A stretch of 63,990 nt of DNA, filler included. It is 5 parts of 5 records of this genome, joined end to end, with 100 filler letters (N's around TTAATTAATTAA, not from the genome) between each part and the next. Parts side by side here need not be neighbours in the genome. Positions count along the whole stretch, not along the records: positions 41,650 to 57,858 come from SRR31156797_10371; positions 57,959 to 63,990 come from SRR31156797_10372; 3 more parts are not named here. One strand, 5' to 3'. A model generated the notes under the pieces. That model worked only from the letters and a program-made list of their open reading frames with translations, was not told where the DNA came from and searched no databases. The first letter of the stretch is position 1; each line of letters begins with the position of its first letter. Position numbers and translations under genes: made by a program. Of this stretch, positions 52,505-62,368 are shown one piece after another.

Positions 52505-54193
52505 ATGAGATATTTTATAATTTTTTCTATTCTATTTATCACTTTCACTGGTGTTAATTCTCAGAATATAGAAACAGGCAAAAAAGTACTTGAATACCTT
52601 GCTGATGATAAATTGGAAGGAAGGGCTCCAGGTACAAAAGGTGATAATCTAGCTATAAAGTATATTGATCAATGGTTTTACGATAATTGGTTGGGACGAT
52701 TCTCATTTGGTTATCAACAAGAATTTGAAATAAATACTGATGTGAAGATTGATAAATCGACCAATCTTAAAATAGGAGATCTTTCGGCCAAATTAAATGA
52801 GGATTTTATTCCGTTTGTTTTTAGTGCAGAAAAGAATCTGGAAGAATTGTTGGTGTTTGGTGGCACTAGTTTAAAGGATAATGAGTTTGATATAGCTGGC
52901 AAATGGGTCTTAGTTTATATGAAAGATGAAAATGATGAAAGTCCTTCTTTCAGAGGAATAATTGAAGAGATTATGATTGCACGTGACCGAAAAGCATCTG
53001 GTGTGATCTTAGCATCTCAGCAAGATTTAACAGATGAAGGTGAGTTTTATCCATTTAAATTTTCACGTTCGGCTGTAAGCCTGGATATACCTGTAGTTCA
53101 AATCTCAAGGAATTTCCTTCAGCAAATATTATTGTCAAAGAATTTGACCTTAAGGAAAATCAGGAAATATAAACTTGAGAAAGTGAATAAAGTCTTGGGT
53201 GAGTTAAAAGTAAGTTCAAATATTAAATTTGAGCATATTTATAAAAAAACTGCAAACTTAGCTTCATTCATAGAAGGAAGCGAAAGTAATGAGTGGATTG
53301 TTGTAGGTGCTCATTATGATCATCTGGGATATGGTGGATACGGTTCAGGTTCTCGCGTGCCTGAAGAAACTGCTATACATAACGGAGCAGATGATAATGC
53401 TTCTGGAGTAGGTATGGTCATAATGATGGCAGAATACTATAAGAAGAATCCTCCAAAGTCAAATATGGCTTTTGTATTATTTGGTGGTGAAGAGATGGGA
53501 TTACTGGGTTCAAAACATTTTGTGAAGAATCTGCCTTTCCCTAAAGAAAAAATAAAGGCTATGGTTAACTATGATATGGTTGGAAGAGTCGAGGATTCAG
53601 TTTTAAAAATAATAGGGGTTAACACGGCCAAAGAGTTTAAGCCTTTATTGGAACAATGGCAGAGAGATCCATTAAATCTCTCATTGGGTAGAGGAGGCTA
53701 TAGTGGCTCAGATCAGGCACCCTTTTATGCTGAGGACATACCTGTACTATTTTTTAATTCAGGTCTTCACGACGATTATCATAAGCCAACGGATGATATT
53801 GAAAAAATCAATTATGAGGGAATGGAATGGGTTGGTGACCTTTCTGTAAAACTGTTAGATTCATTAACCAGTCCCACATTTACACTGACTTTCCAGAAAG
53901 GAAAAGAACAAAAAGGGGGCAATTACAGAACCTCAATGAAAGTGAAAATGGGTATTATGCCTGATGTCGCTGGTGCAACTAAGAATGGAATGGCAGTAGA
54001 TGGTGTTTCTTCAGGCGGACCTGCTGATAATGCTGGGATAAAAAAAGGTGATGTAATCATTCAAATGGGTGATACTAAAATTTCCAATATTTATGATTAT
54101 ATGCATCAGTTAAAAAAATTAGAGAAAGGACAGAAATTAACTGTGAAAGTGAAAAGAGGAGAGGAAGAAGTTGAACTTAAAGTACAATTCTAA
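52505..54193 (+). CDS. M28 family peptidase with PA and PDZ domains
   Basis: GAHYDH, GADDNASG, GEEMGL, DYHKP.D, C-terminal PDZ. Confidence 0.92.
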   Translation: MRYFIIFSILFITFTGVNSQNIETGKKVLEYLADDKLEGRAPGTKGDNLAIKYIDQWFYDNWLGRFSFGYQQEFEINTDVKIDKSTNLKIGDLSAKLNEDFIPFVFSAEKNLEELLVFGGTSLKDNEFDIAGKWVLVYMKDENDESPSFRGIIEEIMIARDRKASGVILASQQDLTDEGEFYPFKFSRSAVSLDIPVVQISRNFLQQILLSKNLTLRKIRKYKLEKVNKVLGELKVSSNIKFEHIYKKTANLASFIEGSESNEWIVVGAHYDHLGYGGYGSGSRVPEETAIHNGADDNASGVGMVIMMAEYYKKNPPKSNMAFVLFGGEEMGLLGSKHFVKNLPFPKEKIKAMVNYDMVGRVEDSVLKIIGVNTAKEFKPLLEQWQRDPLNLSLGRGGYSGSDQAPFYAEDIPVLFFNSGLHDDYHKPTDDIEKINYEGMEWVGDLSVKLLDSLTSPTFTLTFQKGKEQKGGNYRTSMKVKMGIMPDVAGATKNGMAVDGVSSGGPADNAGIKKGDVIIQMGDTKISNIYDYMHQLKKLEKGQKLTVKVKRGEEEVELKVQF

Positions 54194-54195
54194 TT

Positions 54196-55014
54196 ATGAA
54201 AACCTTTAAATTAATACTAATATGGGTTGCTGCAGTTGTTATAACTTTATCAGCAGCTATTTATCAAAGAATGACCGGACCTACTTATCCACTCAGGTTG
54301 AAAACAGAAATTAATGGAGTACAATATAAATTTAAGCTTACCAGAAGTGCCTCGCTAGGAGAAGGTTGCACTATTGAAGTGCCACAGAATGAGAATATTT
54401 CAGCTGTGAGTATATTATTCCGCAAATATCCCGGGGACTTCGAATATGATACCATTCGAATGTATAAAGATTCTGTTAGCTGGCTGGCTAATCTCCCTGT
54501 TCAACCCGCGGCTGGTAAACTTGAGTATTATGCGATGGTATTTGACAAAAATGGGGAAGTGATATATGAGAATGTGGACAACACAGCAATTGTAAGGTTT
54601 AAAGGTGATGTGCCTAAATCTGTTTTAACCCCCCATATCATTTTGATGTTTTTGGCAATGCTGTTTAGTACAGCTGCGATGTTAATGGCAATTTTTAATT
54701 TAGGGAATTTCAGACTTACATCTTTTATTATGTTGGGATTACTCACTGTAGGAGGGTTGATTTTGGGTCCAATTGTACAGCATTATGCCTTCGGCGAAGC
54801 ATGGACTGGTTGGCCTGTAGGAATGGATTTAACAGATAATAAAACTCTAATTACAGCTATATTCTGGATTGCGGCAGTTATTTTAAATATCAAAAAGCCA
54901 CGCAGGTGGGCTGTTATTATTGCAGCAATTGTTCTGTTGGCTGTATATTCTATTCCTCATTCAGCAAGAGGTTCTGAGCTTGATCATCAGACTGGTGAGG
55001 TTGTAACAGGATAA
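54196..55014 (+). CDS. Conserved hypothetical membrane protein
   Basis: YQRMTGPTYP, four C-terminal TM segments, WTGWP.G.DLTDNKT. Confidence 0.7.
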   Translation: MKTFKLILIWVAAVVITLSAAIYQRMTGPTYPLRLKTEINGVQYKFKLTRSASLGEGCTIEVPQNENISAVSILFRKYPGDFEYDTIRMYKDSVSWLANLPVQPAAGKLEYYAMVFDKNGEVIYENVDNTAIVRFKGDVPKSVLTPHIILMFLAMLFSTAAMLMAIFNLGNFRLTSFIMLGLLTVGGLILGPIVQHYAFGEAWTGWPVGMDLTDNKTLITAIFWIAAVILNIKKPRRWAVIIAAIVLLAVYSIPHSARGSELDHQTGEVVTG

Positions 55015-55055
55015 TTAATGCAAATTCGAATTAAATTATAAAATTATCGCATAAA

Positions 55056-55086
55056 AAAGAGGCTGACTTTTTAGACAGCCTCTTTC
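55056..55086. terminator. Bidirectional hairpin resembling the IS end
   Basis: AAAGAGGCTG...CAGCCTCTTT; ACTTTTTAGACAGCC matches the IS IR at 14/15. Confidence 0.7.
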
Positions 55087-55104
55087 GTATTTTTTATAAT
55101 TGTT

Positions 55105-55602
55105 TTATTCAGCTGATTGACCGGCAGCATTATTTTTACTTCTCTCGATTGATTGAAGTGCAAGATAATTGTCACCGAATTTTTTCATGTTATTGATTTC
55201 ATCATCATAATGATTAAAATGACGTTCTTCATCCTCCACTAATCTTTCAAAAAGTTTCTTAGAAACTGAATCAGCATTGGCTGAGCATTCATTTGCCCAT
55301 TTGTTATAATCATTGGCACTTGATTCTTCCATTTTTGTTGCTAAATCAAGCATCTCTTTTATTTCATGTATTTTTTTAACGTCTTCAGAAGCAACCATTT
55401 CAACATCGCCTCCTAAGAAAAGAATACGTTCAGCAAGGTCTTCAATGTGCATCATTTCTTCAATAGCAATTTTTTTAAATAGGCCGGCTAAAAGGTCATA
55501 ACCCTGATCGTCACAATGAAAATGAAAATACATATACTGATGTACTGCTGTGAGTTCATCAGCAACAGCTTTGTTCAATAAATCAATGCTTTTTTGTTTC
55601 AT
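55105..55602 (-). CDS. bfr: Bacterioferritin
   Basis: ELTAVHQY, EEMMH...ERILFL.G, DEERH ferroxidase motifs. Confidence 0.9.
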   Translation of the reverse strand: MKQKSIDLLNKAVADELTAVHQYMYFHFHCDDQGYDLLAGLFKKIAIEEMMHIEDLAERILFLGGDVEMVASEDVKKIHEIKEMLDLATKMEESSANDYNKWANECSANADSVSKKLFERLVEDEERHFNHYDDEINNMKKFGDNYLALQSIERSKNNAAGQSAE

Positions 55603-55658
55603 AATTATATGATTTGAGATTTTACAATATCAAACAAATTTAATAATTCCTTTTGCAT

Positions 55659-55686
55659 AAAAAAAAGCCGCCAAATGGCGGCTTTG
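55659..55686 (-). terminator. Intrinsic terminator
   Basis: AAAGCCGCCA-AA-TGGCGGCTTT with an adjacent A run. Confidence 0.8.
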
Positions 55687-55706
55687 TAATATTTTGAAAT
55701 TAATCT

Positions 55707-56285
55707 TTATTCTTCAGGTTGCATTTCACCTGCTAATTGTCCATATACATATGCTTTAAGTCCAAGGTTGAATGGCATGTAAAGTAACATGTAAAGAAGA
55801 ACTAAGATTGGGTGAATAAGACCAAAGATGAAAATTGGAAGAACCAATACAATTTGTGCTCCAAACATAATCCACTTGTAACCATAAGTTAATTTGTTAC
55901 TTGTATTAAGAGCTGCATTAGCATTCATGTTTTTATCTACAACTAATAATACACCTAGTGACCATGCTAGTGATAACACAATACCAGGAATAATTAAGAA
56001 ATAGAAAGCAAACATAACTCCAATTCCTCTTAGTGCAACAATCAAGAAGAAATCACCCATGTTTTTCAAATACTTCTTATTGAAAATTTCAGTTGGTGAA
56101 ATCATTTTACCACGGCTCAAACTTGCTGGTAATGTCGCCATTGCGATGGTTGTTCCTACGTTAATGTAAGGAATCCAAATTGTCAAAACCCAAAGGATTA
56201 AGGCTCCAATTAAAGATAAAATGTTTTTGATTCCAATTTGATAAGCGTTCGATAACGCATCGCTAAATGTGAATTTTCTTTCCAT
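55707..56285 (-). CDS. Hypothetical integral membrane protein
   Basis: Hydrophobic; WIPYINVG and IIPGI motifs. Confidence 0.65.
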   Translation of the reverse strand: MERKFTFSDALSNAYQIGIKNILSLIGALILWVLTIWIPYINVGTTIAMATLPASLSRGKMISPTEIFNKKYLKNMGDFFLIVALRGIGVMFAFYFLIIPGIVLSLAWSLGVLLVVDKNMNANAALNTSNKLTYGYKWIMFGAQIVLVLPIFIFGLIHPILVLLYMLLYMPFNLGLKAYVYGQLAGEMQPEE

Positions 56286-56337
56286 AATATGCAGTAGTTT
56301 AGTTAATGATTTTCCCAAATTTAACCAAAATTATTGG

Positions 56338-57726
56338 TTAAATTGTAAACGAATTGTTAATATTTTGTTTAATTTCTTTTGCTAATTCTTCTGCTTCCTT
56401 TACAGTTGGTGCTTCACAGTATATTCTGATAATAGGCTCAGTATTAGATTTCCGTAGATGAACCCAACCATTTTCAAAGTCAATTTTTACACCATCTGTT
56501 CTGTCAAATTGCTCGTTTTGATAGGCTTTTTCAACATTGTTTAAAAGTTCGTCAACATTGAGCTCAGGGCTCAGTTCAATTTTATCTTTGATAATAGTAT
56601 ATTTAGGATAACGTGCCTTTAGTTGAGAAACTGTAGTATCTTCTTGTGCCAGGTGGCTTAAAAACAATGCAATGCCTACTAGAGCATCTCTTCCATAATG
56701 TAATTCAGGGTAAATTACTCCGCCATTGCCTTCACCTCCAATTACTGCATCTTCTGCTTTCATAACTTCTACCACATTTACCTCACCCACTGCTGAAGCA
56801 AAATATTTACCACCAGCTTTCTCAGTAATATCCCTCAGTGCTCTGGAGCTTGATAAATTAGATACTGTATTGCCTTTGTTGTGTTTCAAAATGTATTCAG
56901 CCACAGCTACTATGGTATATTCTTCGCCAAACATTACTCCATTTTCATCAATTAACGCCAATCGATCTACGTCAGGGTCAACTACAATTCCAAGATCAGC
57001 TTTGTGCGATTTAACAGTTTCGCAGATTTCCACTACATTTTCTGGAAGTGGTTCTGCAGGGTGTGCAAAATGACCATTGGCTTCGCTGTTTAATTCAATA
57101 ATATCTGTCACGCCTAAGGCTCTTAACATGTCTGGAATAATTAATGCACCTACAGAATTAATTCCATCCACCACAACTTTAAAGTTTTTCTTTTTAATGG
57201 CTTCTGGTTTTACTAGATCCAATTTTACAATCTCATCAATATGTTCCTGATGATATGAGGCTGTTTCAATTTTACCTAAATTATGCACTTCTGCATACGC
57301 TTCAATTCCTTTATCTACAATTTCAAGAATAGCTTTTCCATCGTCACCACTTAAAAATTCACCTTTATGGTTTAGCATTTTTAAGGCATTCCATTGTAAT
57401 GGGTTGTGAGAAGCTGTTAAAATAAGTCCACCGTCAGCCTTAAAATGTACTACAGCCATTTCAGTAGTGGGAGTAGAGGCTAAATCAATATCAATTACAT
57501 CAATTCCACAACCGCTCAATGTGCCATTTACAATCATTTTTACCATTTCTCCGCTAATACGGGCATCACGGCCCACAACCACTTTTAATTTTTCTGTTTG
57601 TCGTGTTTTCTTAAGCCACTCAGCGTAGGCACTCACAAATTTTACGATATCCTCTGGTGTAAGATTATCTCCGGTTTTACCGCCTATTGTCCCTCTGATC
57701 CCTGAAATTGATTTTATTAATGACAT
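56338..57726 (-). CDS. glmM: Phosphoglucosamine mutase / phosphohexomutase
   Basis: SISGIRG, TASHNP, DPDVDR, GGEGNGG, RKSNTEP. Confidence 0.88.
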   Translation of the reverse strand: MSLIKSISGIRGTIGGKTGDNLTPEDIVKFVSAYAEWLKKTRQTEKLKVVVGRDARISGEMVKMIVNGTLSGCGIDVIDIDLASTPTTEMAVVHFKADGGLILTASHNPLQWNALKMLNHKGEFLSGDDGKAILEIVDKGIEAYAEVHNLGKIETASYHQEHIDEIVKLDLVKPEAIKKKNFKVVVDGINSVGALIIPDMLRALGVTDIIELNSEANGHFAHPAEPLPENVVEICETVKSHKADLGIVVDPDVDRLALIDENGVMFGEEYTIVAVAEYILKHNKGNTVSNLSSSRALRDITEKAGGKYFASAVGEVNVVEVMKAEDAVIGGEGNGGVIYPELHYGRDALVGIALFLSHLAQEDTTVSQLKARYPKYTIIKDKIELSPELNVDELLNNVEKAYQNEQFDRTDGVKIDFENGWVHLRKSNTEPIIRIYCEAPTVKEAEELAKEIKQNINNSFTI

Positions 57727-57828
57727 ATTTCTTAGTTTTGAACAAAAGTATAAAATCAATTTAAATTATAAGAGAAGTAGGATATATAGAATATTTAATT
57801 TTATGTTAATCATTGAGAATAAATAAAA

Positions 57829-57858
57829 GGCTGTCTCAAAAGTGCTTAATTAGCTCAA
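57829..57858 (+). mobile_element. Second copy of the same IS end at the contig end
   Basis: GGCTGTCTCAAAAGTGCTTAATTA identical to 41526-41549. Confidence 0.7.
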
Positions 57859-57958
57859 NNNNNNNNNNNNNNNNNNNNNNNNNNNNNNNNNNNNNNNNNN
57901 NNTTAATTAATTAANNNNNNNNNNNNNNNNNNNNNNNNNNNNNNNNNNNNNNNNNNNN
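57859..57958. other. Artificial contig linker
   Basis: N run with TTAATTAATTAA. Confidence 0.99.
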
Positions 57959-58002
57959 ACATGCAAAAACCGCACGTCGCTTTGGTCGTAAATCCGTTAG
58001 GC
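57959..58002 (+). mobile_element. attC site 0 (3' half)
   Basis: Ends in GTTAGGC (GTTRRRY); first 20 bp identical to 60959-60978 in attC3. Confidence 0.8.
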
Positions 58003-58044
58003 GACATATAATTTTCGAAATTAACAGATAAGAGGTGGAATGTT

Positions 58045-58818
58045 TTGAGATATTTTTTTAGTAGCGGGAATAGGAAATTGTCATATATTGATTATGGAGG
58101 ACAAGGACCAGTAGTGATTGCCTTACATGGTCACTTTGGATGCGCTTCAATGTATAGCCAATTGGCGAGTGATCTAGGTAATCGGTGTAGAGTTATTGCA
58201 TTGGATCAGCAAGGGCATGGATTTAGCGGTTTGGGAAAGAACTATACTAGAGAAGATTATATTGAAGATATTAATGAACTATATGGAGAATTGGGAATAG
58301 ATAGTGCAATTCTTATAGGTCATTCACTAGGAGGCGTCAATGCATATCAATTTGCAGTACGATATCCGGATAAGGTTGAACAATTGGTAGTTGAAGATAT
58401 TGGTGCGATTGTAGATGATGATTTGAGTTTTATATTGGAATGGCCAAAAACTTTCGAGAGCGCAAGAACAGCTTTCACTTTTCTTAAGAATAATGGAGTA
58501 GATAATTTCCTGTACTTTATGGAAAGCATGGTTCATGAAGATGATGGTTGGAAATTTATGTTTGATTCAAGAGGGATAGTAGAATCCCAGAAGAAGCTTA
58601 ACGGTAATTGGATAGATGATTGGAAGCGAATATCTTGTGATACATTATTACTTAACGGCGGTAGATCAGATGTATTAAGTAAAGAGCAGGCGAATGAGAT
58701 TACTAAAATGAATAAGAATGTATCTTTAGTTAGATTTAAAGAAGCAGGTCATACCATTAGAGATGATGACTATTGTGGTTATAAAACTGCAATTACTGAG
58801 TTTATTGGGGTGAGCTGA
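58045..58818 (+). CDS. Alpha/beta hydrolase (cassette 1)
   Basis: LHG, DQQGHG.S, GHSLGG, AGH; TTG start with GAGGTGG RBS. Confidence 0.9.
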   Translation: MRYFFSSGNRKLSYIDYGGQGPVVIALHGHFGCASMYSQLASDLGNRCRVIALDQQGHGFSGLGKNYTREDYIEDINELYGELGIDSAILIGHSLGGVNAYQFAVRYPDKVEQLVVEDIGAIVDDDLSFILEWPKTFESARTAFTFLKNNGVDNFLYFMESMVHEDDGWKFMFDSRGIVESQKKLNGNWIDDWKRISCDTLLLNGGRSDVLSKEQANEITKMNKNVSLVRFKEAGHTIRDDDYCGYKTAITEFIGVS

Positions 58819-58848
58819 GATTTATCTAGGATTGTCAGATTATACGTT

Positions 58849-58925
58849 GCCTAACAGCAAATTGACAACATGGCCGTTATTATCGAAAGGACGGCACACG
58901 CTCGTCAACTCACAGGACATTATGA
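58849..58925 (+). mobile_element. attC site 1 (77 bp)
   Basis: GCCTAAC...TTGAC..GCCGT..ACGGC..GTCAA...CAGGAC-ATTATGA. Confidence 0.8.
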
Positions 58926-58967
58926 GAAACAAACTAACTAGAATTATTAAACTAAGGAGGAAGCTTT

Positions 58968-59600
58968 ATGAAATTACGTAAGCTAATTAATTATTGCGGT
59001 ATGATTAGTTATTTTATTTTATTCACTTTGCCAATATATTTACTTAGACATACCAATCTAACAACTTCAATGGAATTTATTTTATGTATTCATTTAGTAA
59101 TTACTCCTATAATTTTAAGACATTTTTTAATAAGTAATTTTTTTTATTTAGTTAAATCTAATACAGCTGAAGCTTGTGTTTATGCTGATACTGAATTTTT
59201 AGATTTTATTCCAGCTATAGGTCCTATTTTCTTTTTTAACCTACTTGCTTTTTTTATAATTAAAGAAAGTAACTTAGTCTTTTTTTTAGTTTTTTCTATA
59301 ATTTCTTTTAATTATTGTTATCGGTTTATAAGCTTTTTTATTTGTGCAGAAACAAATCTATATATAATGAAATTAAATAGTATTAAAATAATAAAGATAA
59401 TCGACATAAAACGCGTTAGCCCTTCTTATTCTATGACAAATTTTACTAGAGGTGGACGTAATTATAAGTATACTAGCGGTGTTTATATTGAGTTACACAA
59501 TGAAAAGCCTATTCACTTAATCGGTTTTTTTAACTCAAAAAGTGTTAAGTCTATATTTGAAAATATAAATAAATATCAATCAGTTACTTCAAACGATTAA
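58968..59600 (+). CDS. Hypothetical membrane protein (cassette 2)
   Basis: AAGGAGG RBS; about 4 TM; very AT-rich. Confidence 0.7.
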   Translation: MKLRKLINYCGMISYFILFTLPIYLLRHTNLTTSMEFILCIHLVITPIILRHFLISNFFYLVKSNTAEACVYADTEFLDFIPAIGPIFFFNLLAFFIIKESNLVFFLVFSIISFNYCYRFISFFICAETNLYIMKLNSIKIIKIIDIKRVSPSYSMTNFTRGGRNYKYTSGVYIELHNEKPIHLIGFFNSKSVKSIFENINKYQSVTSND

Positions 59601-59802
59601 TTTTATTAGTTATATAAAAGTTCTTTTTTATTTTTAATCTATCCAACTTATAACTATCTTAACACTTTTATAAGCATAAGTTACATGAATCTTAAAACAA
59701 TTGGAAAAATAGTAACAAATTTAGAGTTTTTTCTATCGTGGGAAGAAACTTTTACCCTGTTCTCAAAAAACATGTTAAAAACATAATAAGCATTCTAAAA
59801 TC

Positions 59803-59862
59803 TCATAACACACGGCAGATTCCATGAAAAACGCACGGCATCTGTCCGTCAGGACATTATAG
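59803..59862 (+). mobile_element. attC site 2 (60 bp)
   Basis: TCATAAC-acACGGCAGAT...ATCTG(T)CCGT-CAGGAC-ATTATAG with one unpaired base. Confidence 0.8.
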
Positions 59863-59923
59863 AAAATTATAACTAAAAAAATATTACACTTTAATTTTTA
59901 AAGGGGGTATCAATATTTATACT

Positions 59924-60934
59924 TTGAAAAGTTCTACAATTAATGCATTAAGTTCAATTTACCTCCATTTAACAGTGGTCATTATTATTAGTTTTTTCTT
60001 TGTTAGAAACTCTACATTAAACGAAAAATTTATCATTACCAAGATTATTACTCTTTGGGGTATTTTTTTGACAAACTTCTTAATAGATTCTGTTGAAAAA
60101 ATCATTCTAAAGAAAAACTTTAGAAACAAAAAATATGATTTTCATGAGAAATTTGTAGTGGTTAATTCGTATGATAAGCCTTTTCTTTCAGATACTACAG
60201 TTTTTGAAATCTATTCGTCAATGATATTAATTTTAATTTGTTTTTTAAATAATAATCAGACAATATTAATTCTTCTTCTTTACTTCAGTATAAGAATATT
60301 AAAAAGAAATTTTATTTACATCTTTGATTTAAAAGAAAATAATATTTCAATTGGAGAAATACCTATTTCTATTAATAAAAGAATTTGGATTTCTAATTCT
60401 GATTTAGGAAACATTGCATTTAGTTTAACAGAATCAAGAAAAATAAAAACAATTAACATGAATATCCTTTCTAGGACTTACAACCGGGGTAAAAGAAATA
60501 TTTCAAACAATTATGAAAAAAATTATTACAATATGCATATTATTACTGAAAACTTAAATAATATTTATATTGAATTAGGAACAACCATTTCAAATATAAA
60601 AAAAGATGACTTTTTAGAAGAAAGTACGATAGTAAATTATTCTTTAAACTCAAAAAATAAAAACCAAGAGAATAATATTAACATTCGCAATATAGTTGAT
60701 TTTTTTAATAAAAGCATGAATATATTTATAAAAGTCAGAAAAAAAAACCATATTTTAACCAGCTATTTATTCCCTGTTCTATCTATGTTTTTTGTGTTTA
60801 TAACTATAGTAATGTTCTTTGGGGATTTTAAATTATTATCAAGAAATAATTTTTTTATATTAACAGTTTTTCTTTCAGTAATAAATCTCATTTTAGAGAT
60901 TAATATTAGATTCAAATGGAAACTAATGTCTTAA
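59924..60934 (+). CDS. Hypothetical membrane protein (cassette 3)
   Basis: 336-aa ORF with N- and C-terminal TM segments; stop 4 nt before attC3. Confidence 0.65.
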   Translation: MKSSTINALSSIYLHLTVVIIISFFFVRNSTLNEKFIITKIITLWGIFLTNFLIDSVEKIILKKNFRNKKYDFHEKFVVVNSYDKPFLSDTTVFEIYSSMILILICFLNNNQTILILLLYFSIRILKRNFIYIFDLKENNISIGEIPISINKRIWISNSDLGNIAFSLTESRKIKTINMNILSRTYNRGKRNISNNYEKNYYNMHIITENLNNIYIELGTTISNIKKDDFLEESTIVNYSLNSKNKNQENNINIRNIVDFFNKSMNIFIKVRKKNHILTSYLFPVLSMFFVFITIVMFFGDFKLLSRNNFFILTVFLSVINLILEINIRFKWKLMS

Positions 60935-60938
60935 GAAT

Positions 60939-61002
60939 CTATAACATGCTGACAGTCAACATGCAAAAACCGCACGTCAGTTAGGTCACAGGAGCGTTAT
61001 AT
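60939..61002 (+). mobile_element. attC site 3 (64 bp)
   Basis: CTATAAC...ACATGCAAAAACCGCACGTC...TCACAGGAGC-GTTATAT. Confidence 0.8.
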
Positions 61003-61033
61003 ACAATTAAAAAAATTATCTCTTGGAGGATTT

Positions 61034-61750
61034 ATGGAACTTGAAAGTAAATATCAAGAAATGTCTAATGAGAAGCTTTTTAAAAAATATGAAGATTTAC
61101 TCTTCTTTACGGAACTCGAGCAGAAGATCATTATCCGTGAAAGAGAGAAAAGATTAGTTTGTTTAAAAGTAAAGAATGGTAATAATGAAAAAACAAAACC
61201 ATTAACAGGAATGCGTAAAATATTTGGTTGGATTTTTGTCCTATTTCTTCTTTCAATAATAATAAATGGATTCATTAATTATTTTAACGGTTTCTATAAA
61301 AATATAGAAGTCAACTCATTTGTGAAGATTCTCCCTTACACATTTCTTATCTCCATAGTATTATTTATTATTCTTAGGTTAATTTTTGGAAAAATTTGGG
61401 ATGTATTTTTAATTGATTTTATTTGTATAAATTTGTTCTTCATGATAATTCTTCCAGATGGACTACTAATGAATATTAACAATTTCCATGAAAAAAGAGA
61501 GGTTATTTTTAAAGGAAGAGTTACACGTTTCTATAGTCATTATAGAAAAGGGAGTTGTATTGAAATTAGTAATTCAAATTCTAAACTTAATATATATCTA
61601 AATAGAAAAAGAAATTATCAAATTTCTAATAAGGTGAGTAATTTCAAAGATGCTTATATCGAAATAGAAATTAAAGAAGGAATCTTTGGTGTGTTTTTCA
61701 ATCCTAAAATTCTCAAAATCGAAAATAAAAATATTAGGATTAAATTTTAA
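61034..61750 (+). CDS. Hypothetical membrane protein (cassette 4)
   Basis: GGAGG RBS; three TM segments. Confidence 0.7.
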   Translation: MELESKYQEMSNEKLFKKYEDLLFFTELEQKIIIREREKRLVCLKVKNGNNEKTKPLTGMRKIFGWIFVLFLLSIIINGFINYFNGFYKNIEVNSFVKILPYTFLISIVLFIILRLIFGKIWDVFLIDFICINLFFMIILPDGLLMNINNFHEKREVIFKGRVTRFYSHYRKGSCIEISNSNSKLNIYLNRKRNYQISNKVSNFKDAYIEIEIKEGIFGVFFNPKILKIENKNIRIKF

Positions 61751-61813
61751 ATGAAGAAGGAAATCGATTATTTAAAAATATTTGCATAAATATACATTTG
61801 AGGTGAAAAATAG

Positions 61814-62248
61814 ATGAACCGTTTTAAAATGAATGTCGCTGTACATTTATTTCTTGAAAAGAATGATAAAATCTTACTCTTGAGAAGATTTAATACAGGA
61901 TATCAGGATGGAAATTATAGTGTAATTGCAGGGCGTATTGATGGGCAGGAAGATTTTGTTTCAGCAATTATTAGAGAAGCAAAAGAGGAAGCTGGTATAA
62001 TATTGACAGAAGATGACGTTACCCCAATTCAAGTAATGCATCGAAAAAAAATAGATAGTGAGTATATTGATTACTTCTTCCATGCAAAATCATGGAAAAA
62101 TAGAATTGAAAATATGGAACCAGATAAATGTGATGAACTGAGTTGGTATAATAAAAATGAATTACCAACAAATATAATCCCATATATCAGAGCCGCGATA
62201 ATGAATTATTCCGAAAACAAAGTATTTACAAAATTTGGTTGGGAGTAA
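61814..62248 (+). CDS. NUDIX hydrolase
   Basis: Nudix box G.IDGQE....AIIREAKEEAG; NMEPDKC. Confidence 0.92.
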   Translation: MNRFKMNVAVHLFLEKNDKILLLRRFNTGYQDGNYSVIAGRIDGQEDFVSAIIREAKEEAGIILTEDDVTPIQVMHRKKIDSEYIDYFFHAKSWKNRIENMEPDKCDELSWYNKNELPTNIIPYIRAAIMNYSENKVFTKFGWE

Positions 62249-62368
62249 ATTAGTAACTTTTTTAAATAAAATTTTAATTGTTCTACATTTTAAAAACTTA
62301 TGAAAAGTATTTTGCTTAAGTTATGTATTTGTTAGGTAATAAAATAATAAAAAAATTAAAGGAGAATC

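Noticed and set aside
59685-59786. 33-aa ORF in the tail of cassette 2
   Set aside because: No convincing RBS; expected by chance
57959-60978. Identical 20-mers exactly 3000 bp apart
   Set aside because: The spacing is coincidental; the identity is explained by the attC family
57959-61002. Recurring repeats read as a CRISPR array
   Set aside because: Repeats are divergent, separated by whole genes, have attC core sites, and no cas genes are present
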